DNA of 64,000 nt from Nitrospirales bacterium. GTDB taxonomy: Bacteria; Nitrospirota; Nitrospiria; Nitrospirales; UBA8639. The stretch spans positions 1 to 64,000 of the forward strand of contig CBDBCZ010000014.1 of assembly GCA_965203295.1 (NCBI GenBank), read 5' to 3'. Every line of letters starts with the position of its first letter. Position 1 is the stretch's first letter. Of the stretch, positions 12,321-42,319 are shown piece by piece. A program made the position numbers and the translations under genes. Under the pieces are notes generated by a model. That model saw only the letters and a list, made by a program, of their open reading frames with translations. It was not told the DNA's origin and searched no databases.

Positions 12321-15008
12321 ATTCTTAGCTGAGAGGAGGTTCTCCATTGATACAAGAATGTTGTTGATAACTGTAGTACAGCCCTATACTACAGTACCTT
12401 GTTTCAAGGCCACAGTCCCTTCCCCGGCCTTTATCTATATACAGTAGGAAATGTAGCTGTGAAACAGAACCCAGCTTCTGCATGAATGGCAGGTAATTGA
12501 GGTGTGTTCCATTCATCCATTGTGGGTTGTCATGTGCTGTGGGAAGCCTCTGGAGTCAGCCTGGCTCTAGTGGCTCTCTCACATCTCCTTGGTAACAGAG
12601 TGACAGTAGGAGGGCCACACTCCCCTACTTGGGGTTATCAAGGGAGCCTAAGTACTTAAGTACATGTACATGCTGTAAATGTATGTGTAATAGGTGATTG
12701 TGCGTCACTAGCATTGTAGGGTGAGTGTGAGGGGGTGCAGTGGATCAGTTGGAGTCTGCATGTCTAGTTGTCCCTGTACACATCATTAAGTTGTGTAAAC
12801 TATATCCTGCATGAAGCTGGGCTGAAGCTTTGCTATGTGTCTCTGCTTTGCTCTGGAGATTGTCTCTCACTGTGTCTGTGATGTAACTTTGTTCCTAGCT
12901 TCTCCCTTTTAGGCAGTGCTCTATATATTATGCTGGCATGCGGCGTAGGCAGAAATTGTGGTCTTTCTACAAGCCTTGTTTCCCTTTGTGCTGCTCTCTC
13001 AGAAGCACGGCATGGCCTCTTTCTCATTCTAGCTTCTCTACCAACATTGTCGTTTTCAAAGCTTGCTCTGCTTCGGACTACAGGCTGAGCATAGAACATT
13101 CATAGTGCTGAAACGGAACATAAACTCTCTTTAACCCTCCTATCCGCCTGCATTAGCTCTCTCTCGACCATGGAGGGTGCTGGAAGGCCTGGTGTAGCCC
13201 ATTCATTGTGTTTAGGAGACGGGTGGAGTAGCCTAATGAGATAGCTACAGATACGCACGTGGGTGTAACGGATTACATTTTTTGGGGGGGGAGAATTTAA
13301 TTTGGGGATTTTTATACGATCTGCCAAACCACCAAATTAAAATCCTTGCCAATTTTTCCGCTATACGGTGTATCTATCTAAAGGTCCAGCCATTCACAGC
13401 TAGCCCCCACCCTTGTTGCTCAAGGTTGGGTGTATGAATGTACATGTGCATGTACCATGTGTGAATTATCCTGTACAGCTAAACGGGAGAATGTGTGCTT
13501 GTGCAGTTGTAGTGGTAGAAATATACGTACATGTAGTGTAGCTCACAAATTGCTACATTAATCTGACTGCTGTTACAGTAGAAAAGCTATACCTTTCAGT
13601 TTTTAGACAACCTTAACAAGCCACTGTTAGACTATCAGTTTGCCAGGAAGTACATGTATACATGCATGGATTACCGGATTCGTTCTAATTAACGCGTCAC
13701 TCTAAATAATGCGGCAATGATGCATTCGTACCGCCCCAAAGGATGTGCCACCTATGTTTTAAAAGTAATATTATCTGGCACTTATAATTGGTAATTAAAA
13801 AGTGCATAATACAGTGCACATTCTGTTTGTAAAGTGCTGCTCTAGTGATGTGCCAGCCACCTGAAATGGTAACTTCGATCATTTTTAACCTTGCTCCACT
13901 TGAAAAGCATAATTCTTTTTTTTTTTTTCTGGCGCTTTAATTTAGAATGAATACGGTATCCATGTACATGTACATGTAGCTTAATTGGCAGTGTAGTACA
14001 TGTACATACATGTACATTTATGTGTATATTTTTGTCTGCTAGTGAGCATGCAGCCCCTTGTTTGCAGTAAACACAAGAAGTGTGTTTTCCCTTTTCTTTC
14101 TCTGTGTGACCTGTATTTGAACCCCGTGCCAATGTTTAGCTGCCATGGGGTTTCCTTCCTTTCCTGTTTTTATGAACAGCTCACCACCTTGTTTCCAAAC
14201 GTCAGACCACTCTAAATCCTGTACCAGTATTAGAGTGGTAGCTCAGTCAAGGAGATACATGAACAACCTTGTTCCCAGCTTTCACTCCAGGTTTTATCAC
14301 TTGCAGTGTAAAGGTGGGGAGTAGATTTCACTATTACACTGTTTATAAAAGCTGTGATGCAGTATTGAGTCTGGTAATTTTGTTTGTTACAGTGCAGGGG
14401 GTGATTTGTTTGTGTTGTGTCTCCCAGTTTTCTCCTGCCCACTACTCATACAACTGTACATCAGTGGTCTTGTCTAGGCCCTGCTTGAATGTACAGTGCA
14501 CGCACGTATTTTGTTGTACAGTGTCTAACTTTGTGGGGGTGTTTGTGGCATTTTGCCAAACCGCTCTTGTCCCAATGTACGTAAGGCTTCAGCCCAGCTT
14601 CATGCAGGATATAGTTTACATAACTTTAATGATGTGTACAGGGACATGTACATGTGCATATACTTCTTGCTTAGGATAGTTTACATGTACATTGGACACT
14701 ATTACATGTGTCTTTATGAGCTTCATGCCGCTTTGTGAATGGCTTTTTGAGTGGCTCGCGATATAAGTCTGTGAAGCCAGCATTATAAACCTTTCACAAA
14801 AACTCACGAGTATCTGGCATAGCAACATACATGTACATTGTACTGTACGTGATTATCCACCATCTCCTAACTACAAGTGTATATTATGTACTGTAGCATG
14901 TATTACAGTCTTCCACTCGCTCTTCTCTTGTCACAGGATATGTCACAGTAATCCATCCATCACCCCAGTGCTAACGTCACCCTCTAATAGGAGCCTCCCC
15001 CGCCAGCG

Positions 15009-32823
<17,815 letters not shown>

Positions 32824-33539
32824 GGGTCATGTTACTAGTCTGATAGTGTTCACATAATATATATCACGTTGTTTCTTGTCAATGAAATGTTATGCATTCA
32901 ACATGCCTGCTTGTTTTTTGTTAGTAACTGTTTTTGAAGTTTGTACTTGAAATTGATGTTGCAGTCATGTATGTTTTCTTTCAGTCTGCTTTATTATTGC
33001 ACTCCATGGTGTGTATACCCCTCAGTTTATCCGGCATATTAAAGCTAAAGTATATTTTTCATGCCCACGATTGTTTGTACATTTAGCATACACGCGCTCG
33101 CGCTTTTTCACTATTGCAAAACGGAAATCGGCAAAGTACCCGGCGGACCCATGTGTTGTACATTCTGCTGCATCCGCTTCAAAAGTTTATGCATGTTTGA
33201 CGATAGTGCATTGCCTGTTACGATACATGCATCTGGCGGCTGACGCACTCTTCATGGGGGGAGTGAAGACCGAATTCACCTACAGGTGAGTTGCGTATTA
33301 GCTAACAAATACCAGTATAACATTGAGTAGAGTAAATAAATTAAAAGTTGGGGCGGGCGGGGATCATAAGTATTTTTTTACATGGGCAATGATACACATT
33401 ACGCGGATCCTTCATCACGATCACCTGCAATTTCTTCACCTAGCTATATACGCGTGCATCACTCCACGTCACAGTCTCTTTTAGCATATTATGCATAGTA
33501 TGTAATCTAGTTAGCCATCCCCAACGTCTCGCCAGCACT

Positions 33540-35190
33540 AACCACTTGCAATATCCGTTGCAGAAAGCAACTAAGACATTTCGTGTTAAAAAAAAGCTTA
33601 TCTTAGATCTCTTAAAGAATTCTTCCATCATCTGTCCTCTTCTCCCAACTCCAGCCCCCTCTGGTCTTCTATTAAAAAACTTCGTAAAAAGTCTTCCTCA
33701 ATTCCTCCTCTTTCTTTTTCTGGTGATCTTACACATTCTGATGCCTCTAAAGCTAATCTCTTAAATCATTTTTTCTCTAGCTGCTTTAATCCTGCTGATC
33801 CGTCTCTTATTCCTTGCTCTCCTCCTCCTCATTGTCCCCCTGATCTTCTCTGTTCCCGTGATAAAGTCTCCTTCTCCTCCACCTTCCTCCACTGGCCATG
33901 GCGAAATTTCACCACGCATGCTACTGCTTTTTCTATTGCTTCCCCCTTACTCACATCTTTAATCTGTCTCTTCAGTCTGGTATCTTTCATTCTGATTGGA
34001 AACTCTCATATCGCCCCAATCCCCAAAACCAAATCTCCCTCATCTTCTCCTTCTGATTAACACCCCATCTCTCTTCTTTCTCTTATTAGTTAAGTTTAGA
34101 ACATGTTTTTCCGATTTTTCACACAACACTATCTTCTTCAGTATGGTTTTCGCTCTGGTCTCTACAGTTCTGCTCTTCTTTCTGTGACTTACGATTGGTT
34201 CACTACTGCTTGATTCTCATAGTTCTGTCTGTGCTGTTTTTTTTATTTTTCGTAAATAATTATTAATTAATTAAGGCTTTCGATTCAGTCCCCCATCAGC
34301 TTCTTCTTGATACTCTATCCTCTTCTGGCATTCCTCCTCATCTCTTTCTTTGGCTTCGTAATTACTTGAGTAATAGGTCCCAGAGAGTTGTTGTTAATGG
34401 CTCTTCCTCCTATACTCCTCGTGTCCTTTCTGGCGTTCCTCAGGGGTCTATCATTGGTCCCCTTCTTTTCATTATCTTTATTAATGGCCTCTGTAACATT
34501 TCTCTGGCACTCCTTCTGCCCAATTAATCATGTATGCAGATGACATTCTTTTCTATCAACCTTACAATTCCATTTCTGATATTTCTCTCATTCAATCTAA
34601 CATGGACTGTCTCTTCCTGGATTTCTTCACACTCTCTTATTGTTATTGAATCTAAAACTCAATAAATGTTTATTTACTCGAAATCTTCATCTAGCTTTTT
34701 TTCTCTGCCCCTCCTTTCCATCAATGGCTCCTCCCTATAACTGGTTTAATCTTTCAGATACCTAGCTTGGTGTTCTTATTACTTCTAATCTTTCTTGGTC
34801 TCTTCACATTCAAACTATTTGTCACAAATCTAGGAAAATTATTGCTCTTCAAATTCTTAAATTTCCGCCATTTCTATTATTCTTCTCCTGCTGTTCTTTT
34901 TAATATATCTCTCTTGTCCGTCCTGATCTTGATCTGGGATCCTGCTTCTTCTGCTATACTATTTCCACTCTTAAAAATGTTCAATTCTTTGCAAAAATTA
35001 TGCTCTAAAAATTGGTCTTCTTCTTATTGTTCTCTTCTTTTCCAATTGCTTTGTCCTACTCTTTCTTCTCATCGAAAGAATGCTCAACTAATCTTTCTTT
35101 ATAACATACTTTTTGACTATGTGTACTGTCCTTCTAGAAAAAATTATTTCCAGCCTCCCCCTCATAAGTCTGTTCGATCTTATCACCCTT
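33540..35190 (+). mobile_element. Decayed LINE (CR1/L2-like) reverse-transcriptase remnant
   Basis: KAFDSVPH (~34273), SGVPQGSIIGPLLF (~34369) and MYADDI (~34529), broken by stops and frameshifts; CT-rich strand bias. Confidence 0.85.
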
Positions 35191-35962
35191 ATAGTGGTGA
35201 GGTAATTTAAAGTGTTTTTGGTCAAGTATGCAAAACATTACCAATATTATTGTAGACTATTCACTAGTGTATACTTGACCAAGACTGTGGAAACACGTCA
35301 GCAACACATTACGTAATTTGCTCCTTTCTAACAGTTTTTTGCATTCTTGATGAACCTTCTCAAGAAACGTAGCTACACACACCAACTTGGCTCTAGCTTC
35401 ACTGTGTTAACTCATTTGAAACTGAAACAACACTAAATTGACTTGTAAATATGTTTATTTTCTCATTCAAATGTATGAATACTTAGTATAATCGACATCT
35501 GGCACCATAATATATGCATGTATCTTACATGCAGCTGCAGTTATGCCAATGTTTGTATGGATGGCCTCACACTTCTTGATTGTTCATTTTATTAAGCACC
35601 CTGGACTAACTAGGACACATCAAAGCGCGATTCATTATAGTCTAAATTAGGTTAACTCCCTATCGCAAGGTATCTATTATTCGTGCTGATGTCATCAGGC
35701 AGATTCGTTTGCGGGCTGGAAGCAGAGATTCCGAACTTAATGACTTAGTCACTACTATTTCAACTAATTAACTCTAGTTATATTGTAGTTTAATATTGCA
35801 TCTTCGTTGGTGTGTTGTACATATTATTATTATTATTATACTTAGCTGGGACATGGTAGGGCTTGTTTGGGTTTATTTGCATGACATTGTATCAATGTTT
35901 GCATGATGTGTGTCATATAAACGATTGATTTTATGCAGGCTGTGAATGTGACACAAATTTGA

Positions 35963-38900
35963 ATGGAGCTGACATATCTATTGATTTTGATAGCTGTTGC
36001 TGTGGGTTGCACTCCCAACCTAACGCTATTGTGCACTGCAGAAAACATCTACTACGTAAAACCCACTAATTCCTCTAACATCAATGATACAAGCTTTGAC
36101 CCAGACACTCTATGCCTTGATCATGACTATCCCTGCTACACATTCGACTACTATCTCCAAAACATTTCTCTCTACTTCACTTCAAACACCTGGATTCAGT
36201 TCCTTCCAGGTATACATCTTCTTGACATGGGCCCCGGAGAAAATATCGTTGAATTCAACAATATATCCAACCTCACGTTAGCAGGTAGTAATTCAACCAG
36301 ACAAGCAGAGTTTGGTCTCATTATGCCAGAGAGTACAATCCTTTGCACGAGTGGAATAGGGTTTGTTTTTCGGAAAATCGAACATTTAACCATCCAGCAT
36401 TTAACGTTTCATGAATGCAGTTGTGAGCCATTTCCAGACTATGCTTTTGCATTAGTCCTAATCAACCTCACAAACAGCCATCTCTCTCATGTCTACATTT
36501 ACAAAAGCAGAGGATATGGAATTGTGGGTTTGAATGTACTGGGAACCTCTTCTATAACGGATTCAGCAGTGTTATTCAGCAGTGGTTCAGAAGACTACCC
36601 CGGTGGGAATGCTTTTTTTAATTTCTACCCAAGTGAGTCGGACTGCTATAAACTCGGCAACAACACGGTTCAATTCAGCGTAAAGTCATCATCTTTTGCT
36701 TTTGGAAGAAATCGTAACCAGCTGGCATCACCAACAGGGCTTGGTATCACAATAGAAAACCCATGCTCGAATAGTTATATTACTATATACGGTTCTTTCT
36801 TTTATCATAATCAAAATCTGTCCGCTGAATCAAGTGGAAACTTGGTTATTATATTCTATGAACAAGAAGCTACCTCAAACTATGTTACAATTGACAACTG
36901 CATTTTTAAACAGGGGCATTCTTTTAGTGGTGGAGGTATTCTAGTCAGGACAGTTCCAAAATATCCAAATACTACCTGCTTCAATGAATCATCATACACG
37001 AACTTCATACGTATCACGAACTCTATCATTACTGAGAATTTTGCATATTATGGAGGTGGTCTCCTTGTAAGTTTTTCTCCTCTGGATAGAAGTTGTCACC
37101 AGAATTATTTGCAGTTAAATGAAGTGCTTTTTGAGGCTAATGTAGGTTTTCAGGGTGGTGGAAATGCTTGGCTTAATAGCTGTCCTTATGAAAAACGTTA
37201 CAATGTGAAACTCATAAACTGTATTTTCAGGAATGGAAGAGCATACATAGGAGGTGGAGGATTAGAACTTAGCTTAAGTGATAATGTACCAGATCAAAAT
37301 GGCTTGGATCAAATCTTATTGATAAACACATTATTTTTTGGTAACAGAGCTGAATATGGTGGTGGTTTAGGCATAAATATTTCCCCAGTAAAGGTTAAAC
37401 GTACTCTTGCCAGTCAGCTCTGGAATGTTACAATGGTAAACTGTACATTCAGCAACAACTCTGCCTCACAATCCAGTGCCATATATGTACAAGATGATAT
37501 ACTGCTGCCTGTTGAATTCAGCATTGCATTTATAAATTTATCTGTGTACGATAGCAAGTATAGTGGACGAATAAAGTCATGTCCAAAATGTGATGGCAAA
37601 GCAATTCTACTGAATGGTGTTCAAAATGCTACAATTATCAATGGCAATTTTTACAACAATGAAGTTGGGGCTCTGAAAATGTTTGGATCAAAACTGTTCC
37701 TGGAAGGTAACATCAGCTTTCACAACAACAGTGGTTTCAAAGGTGCTGGTATTGAACTCTGTACAGACTCTTACTTGTATCTTGAACGAGCCACCAACAT
37801 CTCTTTTACAGACAACCATGCTCGCTATACTGGGGGTGCAATCTATGTCAAGGGGAGAGAATGCAATCCTCAAGGTGAAGGTAGTTCAAAATGCTTTTTT
37901 AACCTCAATTATCCCTACCACAATTCATCCCAAATATTCTCCCAGATTACCTTTGCAAATAACACAGCTAAACATGCAGGGAGTGCTCTATATGGAGGAT
38001 ATGTAGATACATGTTTTCCTTACCATAAATTTCAGCAGGATGTAAGTGAATTACTTTTGAATAATGCGGAGTGCATTATTTCTGGAGGAACCTGTGAACA
38101 ACCCCAGCTCCCTGAAAATGGCTCACAGTTATTTGATTTACTCTTTCAATTCTACCAAAGTGGCCTCTCGGTTGTTTCATCAGATCCAATGTTCGTATGC
38201 CTTTGTGAAAATGACCACCCTAACTGTAGTGAAAAACGTAGGCCAGTCTCGGTTTACCCAGGCGATGTGTTTACTGTTTCAGCAGTTGCAGTTGATCAAA
38301 GAGATGGAGTCATTCCTGGTGTTGTAACTGCAGTGTTTGTAGATGATTCAGGCTCACTCAAGTTGGATGAGCCTCAGATATCACAAGAAGTTGGTAGTGT
38401 GTGTACAAACTTACAGTACACCATATTATCAAATAATAGTGATGGAGAATTAATGCTTACTGCAGAAAATCCAGATAAAGCTGAGATTGCACGCTCAAAT
38501 ACTCACCCACCCACATTGTACATTACCCTCCTTCCCTGTCCGCCTGGTTTCACATTGAAGGGAGTGCCTCCACAAATCAAGTGCGACTGTGTTGACAAAC
38601 TTATCAACCTTGTTGCTGATTGTAATAGTGGTCACGGTATGATACGTCGACCTGCAACGGCATGGATCGGATACTATGGTTTAGATGAAAATGAAACCTC
38701 ACAACATTCTATTCCAGGTGTTCTGCTCCACGAGCACTGCCCGTTTGACTATTGCAAAAGTGAGGATATAGATATCGACCTAAATTTTCCCGATGAACAG
38801 TGTGCATTTAATCGCTCTGGCACTTTATGTGGGGCTTGCAAACTAGGACTTAGCCTTTCGTTAGCAACATCCAAGTGTCTTGACTGTTCCAATGTTTACT

Positions 38901-40195
38901 TGACACTGATTCTGGTGTTTTTGCTTGCTGGTGTGATCCTCATCTTTGCTCTCACTGCAGTAAATCTCACAGTCTCTGAAGGAACCATCAGTGGACTCGT
39001 TTTCTATGCCAATATAGTTCATGTGAACAAAGCTATTTTTTTCCGATCCAAAAGCATGCACTTCTTTTCCATCATTATTGCCTGGTTAAACCTGGACTTA
39101 GGAATCGAAACGTGTTTCTACGATGGCATGGACATGTATGCCAGGACATGGCTGCAGTTTGTGTTTCCTCTCTACATCTGGGGCATGGTGATATTCATGA
39201 TTGTTTCAAGTCGCTACTCAACGATTGCAGGTAAAGTCTTTGGAAGGAACAATTCTGTTCGAGTTCTCGCTACTCTATTATTACTCTCCTACACAAAGAT
39301 CCTTCGTACCATCATTACAGCTCTATCGTTTACCACCCTGATCTATCCAGACAAATCGATCAAGTTCATCTGGCTAGCTGATGCTAACGTCCAGTATCTA
39401 TCTGGCAAACACATTCCTCTTTTTCTGGTAGCTCTGGTCTTTCTTCTTGTGCTCTCTCTTCCCTACACAGCACTGCTCCTCTTTTTACAATGTCTTTGGC
39501 CAAGATCACATGACTACAGGCTGTTGTCATGGTTGAGGAAGATCAAGCCCTTCTTGGATGCCCATACTGGACCCTACAAGGATAAATATCGGTTCTGGGC
39601 AGGGTTTTTGTTTCTGGTTCGTATCATTCTTTTCATAACATTTGCAGTCAACTCTCTTGGAGACACATCTCTGAATCTGCTGTTTGTTTCCATTGTGGTT
39701 ATGCTCCTGCTTGGATTCAAGTTGATTGCTTCTGGAATATATAAAAACTGGCTTTTGGATACCCTAGAAGCTTCATTCTTTCTAAATCTTGGTATGCTAT
39801 CAGTTTCCTCTCTATACATTCAAACTGTTAGCAGTGAGGGAGTATCGCGAGATGTTGTCAGCAGTATCTCCTTAAGCGTGACTTATGCAACGTTCATCGG
39901 AATTCTGATATACCACTTTCGCAGCCACCTGCCACAGACTATGAGGAAGATCAAACAGTGTCTAGTCCACTGCTATACAAGTGCATGCAGTCGAAGAAGA
40001 ACTGTTCCACAGATGAATATTGCAGAGCTAGAGGGACTGGTTGCCAATAATGAGGATGATGCTGATGATGCTGATGATGCTGCGGGAGACTCATTAGCTC
40101 AACCCCTGCCTAAAGTCCAGTGCCTGAGGCTGACCTTTGACAGGAATGTTACGAGTGGTGAAGCCGTGCTAGTGGAAGATATGGAAGACTTCTGA
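35963..40195 (+). CDS. Intronless receptor-like protein A (1410 aa): signal peptide, beta-helix/Pmp-like ectodomain, Cys-rich stalk, ~9 TM
   Basis: Long ORF with a hydrophobic N-terminus; FxxNxA..GG(G/A)(I/L) repeats; CPPGF, CPFDYC and CAFNRSGTLCGAC motifs; multiple hydrophobic helices at the C-terminus. Confidence 0.92.
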   Translation: MELTYLLILIAVAVGCTPNLTLLCTAENIYYVKPTNSSNINDTSFDPDTLCLDHDYPCYTFDYYLQNISLYFTSNTWIQFLPGIHLLDMGPGENIVEFNNISNLTLAGSNSTRQAEFGLIMPESTILCTSGIGFVFRKIEHLTIQHLTFHECSCEPFPDYAFALVLINLTNSHLSHVYIYKSRGYGIVGLNVLGTSSITDSAVLFSSGSEDYPGGNAFFNFYPSESDCYKLGNNTVQFSVKSSSFAFGRNRNQLASPTGLGITIENPCSNSYITIYGSFFYHNQNLSAESSGNLVIIFYEQEATSNYVTIDNCIFKQGHSFSGGGILVRTVPKYPNTTCFNESSYTNFIRITNSIITENFAYYGGGLLVSFSPLDRSCHQNYLQLNEVLFEANVGFQGGGNAWLNSCPYEKRYNVKLINCIFRNGRAYIGGGGLELSLSDNVPDQNGLDQILLINTLFFGNRAEYGGGLGINISPVKVKRTLASQLWNVTMVNCTFSNNSASQSSAIYVQDDILLPVEFSIAFINLSVYDSKYSGRIKSCPKCDGKAILLNGVQNATIINGNFYNNEVGALKMFGSKLFLEGNISFHNNSGFKGAGIELCTDSYLYLERATNISFTDNHARYTGGAIYVKGRECNPQGEGSSKCFFNLNYPYHNSSQIFSQITFANNTAKHAGSALYGGYVDTCFPYHKFQQDVSELLLNNAECIISGGTCEQPQLPENGSQLFDLLFQFYQSGLSVVSSDPMFVCLCENDHPNCSEKRRPVSVYPGDVFTVSAVAVDQRDGVIPGVVTAVFVDDSGSLKLDEPQISQEVGSVCTNLQYTILSNNSDGELMLTAENPDKAEIARSNTHPPTLYITLLPCPPGFTLKGVPPQIKCDCVDKLINLVADCNSGHGMIRRPATAWIGYYGLDENETSQHSIPGVLLHEHCPFDYCKSEDIDIDLNFPDEQCAFNRSGTLCGACKLGLSLSLATSKCLDCSNVYLTLILVFLLAGVILIFALTAVNLTVSEGTISGLVFYANIVHVNKAIFFRSKSMHFFSIIIAWLNLDLGIETCFYDGMDMYARTWLQFVFPLYIWGMVIFMIVSSRYSTIAGKVFGRNNSVRVLATLLLLSYTKILRTIITALSFTTLIYPDKSIKFIWLADANVQYLSGKHIPLFLVALVFLLVLSLPYTALLLFLQCLWPRSHDYRLLSWLRKIKPFLDAHTGPYKDKYRFWAGFLFLVRIILFITFAVNSLGDTSLNLLFVSIVVMLLLGFKLIASGIYKNWLLDTLEASFFLNLGMLSVSSLYIQTVSSEGVSRDVVSSISLSVTYATFIGILIYHFRSHLPQTMRKIKQCLVHCYTSACSRRRTVPQMNIAELEGLVANNEDDADDADDAAGDSLAQPLPKVQCLRLTFDRNVTSGEAVLVEDMEDF

Positions 40196-40807
40196 TTGAC
40201 ATGCAATTCACTCTGACTTCTTTTTTTTGCAGAGTTCTAGTTTTGTACTCCACTGGACATATACCATTCAAAATTATATTGCAACACATTATACATGACA
40301 ACTTAACTTACTATACGTAGCTCCATTGCTAATAATGCTTATATGCACTGCACACGTCACAATATTTTGTTTGATTTTTTGATTATTTGGCTGTTTTTAT
40401 CTCATTTATAGCATGTAGGTACATTTCTTTCACAAAATTTTCACTGCAGTGCTATCAAGGAACTGTGATTGTAATACTATGTAATTGCATGGTACTGACT
40501 TTTTAAGGGAACACATATAATTGATATGTACACCTGGCTGATCCATATAGCCATGCTGATGCCAATTGTTGTACTTTATATTTTACTTCAGTGAGTACGG
40601 GAATCTAGGTCGTCCTAGTTTACCGACGTACTATACTACATTCATCAAAATTTTATATGTCGAGCACATTTATGCTTATGCTGTATGATATCTGTTTTGA
40701 ATCGATAGTTAGTCAGAAAAATTGCAAAGTAGAATTTTTCACTTAAAAAAAAGAATGTGTTTCTAAGGGTGTTACTCTTTGTATATAGCTTAGTATAGTA
40801 ACAAGTC

Positions 40808-40855
40808 TATGGAATAATTTTCATAGAATATATACTCTATGAAAATTATTCCATA
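40808..40855. repeat. Perfect 20-bp-stem hairpin
   Basis: tatggaataattttcataga / tctatgaaaattattccata with an 8-nt loop. Confidence 0.9.
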
Positions 40856-41039
40856 CAAGTGTACATGTCTCGGCCGGGTCAATGCACCTTTGGCTAGCTT
40901 AGCATGTTAATGCCCATTCAGGTTTTATTAGGGGGTTCTTTTGCCATATGTAATGAAGTAGCTACACTGTGTCAACTTAGAGTGATGCCATCCTTGGTAG
41001 CATGGATTTGGAGTGTGAACATGCTCCAGTGACTGGGTG

Positions 41040-41262
41040 AGGCAAGAGAAAAAGATGATCAAGTTGAGGATGAATGATATTTCAAGGAGGCCAAGGCTCC
41101 ACGTCTTGTAAAGTGTTGAACCAAGTATGATTGAAAGTATTACAGCAGTAATGAAACCAATTGCCAGCAAGTGGACACGGGGGTCTCCAAGAGCCTTGAC
41201 TGCAGAGAGGAGAAGCAGAACAAAGCGACGGTCCAGTTCAGTAGCTAGCGGTGTTTGTCATG
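41040..41262 (-). pseudogene. Fragment of the TM region of the same receptor family
   Basis: Encodes ..SAVKALGDPRVHLLAIGFITAVILSIILGSTLYKTWSLGLLEISFILNL.., homologous to 42730-42950 and 55140-55360; broken and truncated. Confidence 0.85.
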
Positions 41263-42319
41263 TGATGTAACATAGTTGAACAGCTAGTTAGTAGCCTCAT
41301 GCCATTCAGGAGCTACCTCGTTATAGCACCTGGGCAAGAAGCTAGGCTACTCGAAAGAACCACTGCCACGTTAGCCCTACTCAGAGAGAGCAGTAAGACT
41401 CGTCAAAACAGAGATGATGGACTAGGCTGAACTAGCTATGACACACCCCCTGTGTCACGTGAGGATCACATGATCCATCTCCACCAGGTACTGGAGACAG
41501 ACTACCACACAGTATGAAAAGCTGGACCCTATGACATGCATGGAAATCACCTTCATTATGGTGTTGATATTTTTGACATCATAAATATGCCTTTGTGTAC
41601 ATGTAGCAATTATATACTATTGTTGGTAACATTTTGCATGCCCACAGTAGTGTAACCATACACATGAAAAAAATGGTCTTTAGAATGCCTTGTTCTTACG
41701 GCAGGAATAAGTATATTCGGGTTAAAACCCAGGAGTTGAACAGTTGAATCTAGGCCCGAACCTCATGCTCATGCTGCTACATGCATGGCATCGCTCAACA
41801 AGACCATACAACAAGCCTGGTGTCAATGTAAGCACTCAGTGCCTACAATTTTTGTTGCTTAAAATACTGATGATGTATTTGTGTGTTGTAGATGTGCAAA
41901 GTGTTAAGCTACTATTAGAACAGCTTCTGCATGACTACAGGTGCAATAAGCTCATTATAAAACATGTGCCCAGGCCCCTAATGTGCCCATTTGAAATGTT
42001 GGTTTTATCAAAAAGCGGTGTAAAATACAGGTACATGACACTGAAAAGGGGTCAATTACTATATATGAAATACTAACACGCAAAATGAATAAAGACCTAT
42101 ACATATCACTGATAGTATGAAAAATGTTAAGAAACAAAATCCGCTTTAAACATATACAATTAACTTACGGTATATGGCATTGTACTCCTCTAAAAATGTT
42201 TTCCATTGCTGGAATGAAAAAGAAGATGCATGGCATTGTGAGGGAAGGCCTGGTCATGATGCTACTATTATACATTGTGTATAGCCTTGATAAACTTGAA
42301 ATCTACGATTGGTTTGTTG

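Noticed and set aside
12833..13370. Short minus-strand ORFs and a lone CCGTATAGCG-type terminus, possibly a transposon relic
   Set aside because: No partner TIR or recognisable catalytic motif; too decayed to call.
34767..35210. 147-aa hydrophobic ORF
   Set aside because: It is a frame-shifted read of the T-rich LINE remnant.
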